Part shown: piece by piece, positions 62,369-64,000 of the stretch
How positions within the stretch are numbered: position 1 is the stretch's first letter
Layout of the letters: each line of letters starts with the position of its first letter
Origin: Vicugna vicugna
Taxonomy: Eukaryota
Reading direction: 5' to 3'
Assembly: GCA_013265495.1 (NCBI GenBank)
Contig: MU058584.1
Coordinates: forward strand, 6,476,407 to 6,540,406
DNA length: 64,000 nt
Program-made: the position numbers and the translations under genes
The notes under the pieces: model-generated
Told to the model about the DNA's origin: nothing
What the model saw: only the letters and a program-made list of their open reading frames with translations
Database searches by the model: none

Positions 62369-63729
62369 TCTATTAACCTAGAGCTCTTGGGAGATAAAGC
62401 CTAGAACTGCCAGCTGAATTTGGACCCAGTAAACACTGTAAAATAACTGAAGGAAACACTAACACACAGAGTGTGATGCGGGTGAGGAAAATGTAATGTC
62501 ACATAGTGTTAAGAGGGATCTGTGGAATGGGGCTATACTTGCCAAAATTGAAGTATTTGATTTTTTTCTGTCTTTCTTAGAAATTGCTCTTATTTAACCA
62601 GTCCATTTGAAAAAAGCAAGTGGATTTTTTAAATTTGCTCTTAAAGATAACATCAAGTCAGGTTTTAAGGGTTTCCAACTTTTAAACCTTCAAAATTAAT
62701 TTCAGATTCACGAGCAGGATCATCCAGACTTCAGAAATTTTATTTATTTGTAAAATTTTATTTAAAAAAATTCTGAGTACCCTTACTTATTTAGCCAAGT
62801 AAGGACATTGATGTAAACCTCCTACTCGTTTCTGACTCTATCTTTCATAAAGGAAAGCATATTATTGCATCAAAATAATAAAATGACTGTAATCTCAGAA
62901 TAAAACTGATGAGTGCATATGATTTATGAAGAAACTCACTGCTTTGTACTTATTTCCCCCCCTCTCCATTTTGTATTGGAAACTTGAAAGCTTTGTCCTT
63001 GTTCTCAGGACTGTTGACTGAGAATCTCTGATTGAGGAGTTTTTTGCTTCCTGCATTTATTATATAATTGCTGATTTCACTATTGAAACTCCTGTGATGA
63101 TTTTGTGATGACTCAAGTTCAAGGAAAATTCATACTGTTCTTTAGTTATGCATTTTTCAGTTCTTAGTTCTATGACAATAAAATTGTCATCAATGTGCAT
63201 TAACAACCAATTGCATATTTAAAATCAGATGAAAGATAATCTGAGTTAGAAGCAGACATTTGAGACTTTCTTTCAGGAACTGTTGATTTGAAGTTGTACT
63301 GAATCCATCCGGATACACTTTTTCCTTATCCACTGGTACTCAGTCTCAGATTCCCCAACTTCTTAGGGGCAGTAATAGGAAAACTTTACTAATTTTGTTA
63401 TTTTGAAACACCTAATGAAAATATATGTTAACTCTCTACAGACAAAACAATTTTTCACATTTCTTGATTTGACTGATACTAGTTTACTGTAACTCTGTGG
63501 AGCCTTGTATCGCTCTTAGAACACAGTAGGGACTCATTAAAATGCTCATTGAACACAAAATGAACGATGATATTCCTGGCTATCACAGGCTAACTGGAAC
63601 CATAGACCGACAATTTTGAGCTTATTTAATGCAAAGAACAAGTTATAATTTATTTTCTGGTAAATTTTTTAAAACATGGAATCTATGGGGTAGGTGGTCC
63701 ACGGAGCTGAAAAGATTGAGAGCATTTGA

Positions 63730-63732
<3 letters not shown>

Positions 63733-63760
<28 letters not shown>
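63733..63760. repeat. (TG)14 microsatellite
   Basis: Seen directly. Confidence 0.96.
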
Positions 63761-63765
<5 letters not shown>

Positions 63766-64000
63766 GTGAGTAGAAACAAGGCTGTGCTTTGAGGGAGTTT
63801 TGTGCACTCAATCTTTGTTTGTGACCAGAATTCTATGCCAAGAAGCGTGTGATTTTTTTTAAACTTTCAGTATATGATTCTAGGGTCCTGAATTAGCTTG
63901 AAAAAAATCCTTTTCATTTCTTAGGTATTTTTCTGGCTTTCAGACACCAGGTGGCGATATGCGGTGAGATGCGGGGAGTTTGGGGCACTGAGGTTGGATT

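Larger units (their letters stand above)
39560..64000 (+). other. PRRX1: PRRX1 intron 1 (partial)
   Basis: No homeodomain-coding exon 2 (…DQLNSEEKKKRKQRR…) seen before the window ends; mammalian PRRX1 has a long first intron. Confidence 0.85.

Noticed and set aside
1..64000. CRISPR array, operon or other prokaryote-type system
   Set aside because: Clearly mammalian sequence; no regularly spaced repeat-spacer structure or gene-dense block seen.

Overview
Mammalian genomic DNA containing the 5' end of PRRX1 (paired related homeobox 1). The tRNA-Ala-derived SINEs resemble the camelid Vic-1 family, so a camelid source is likely (inference). The coding part of exon 1 runs from the ATG at 39319 to a phase-1 GTGAGT donor after 39559. 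It sits in a series of CpG-rich segments (about 35.4-46.7 kb) that include the promoter, a pyrimidine-rich 5' leader and the region matching the position of the mouse Prx1 limb enhancer. Bases 39560-64000 are intron 1; I did not see exon 2. The first ~34 kb is mostly old L1, L2, MIR, MaLR LTR and Tigger1 remnants. No other credible protein-coding gene is present. I found no evidence for a new multi-gene system. The best leads are small: a duplicated 54-bp intronic cassette with micro-exon-like splice signals, an inverted SINE pair in the intron, a G-quadruplex motif next to the start codon, a 5'-inverted L1 insertion with TSD, and a templated 150-bp duplication. Repeat subfamily calls and boundaries are by eye and approximate.
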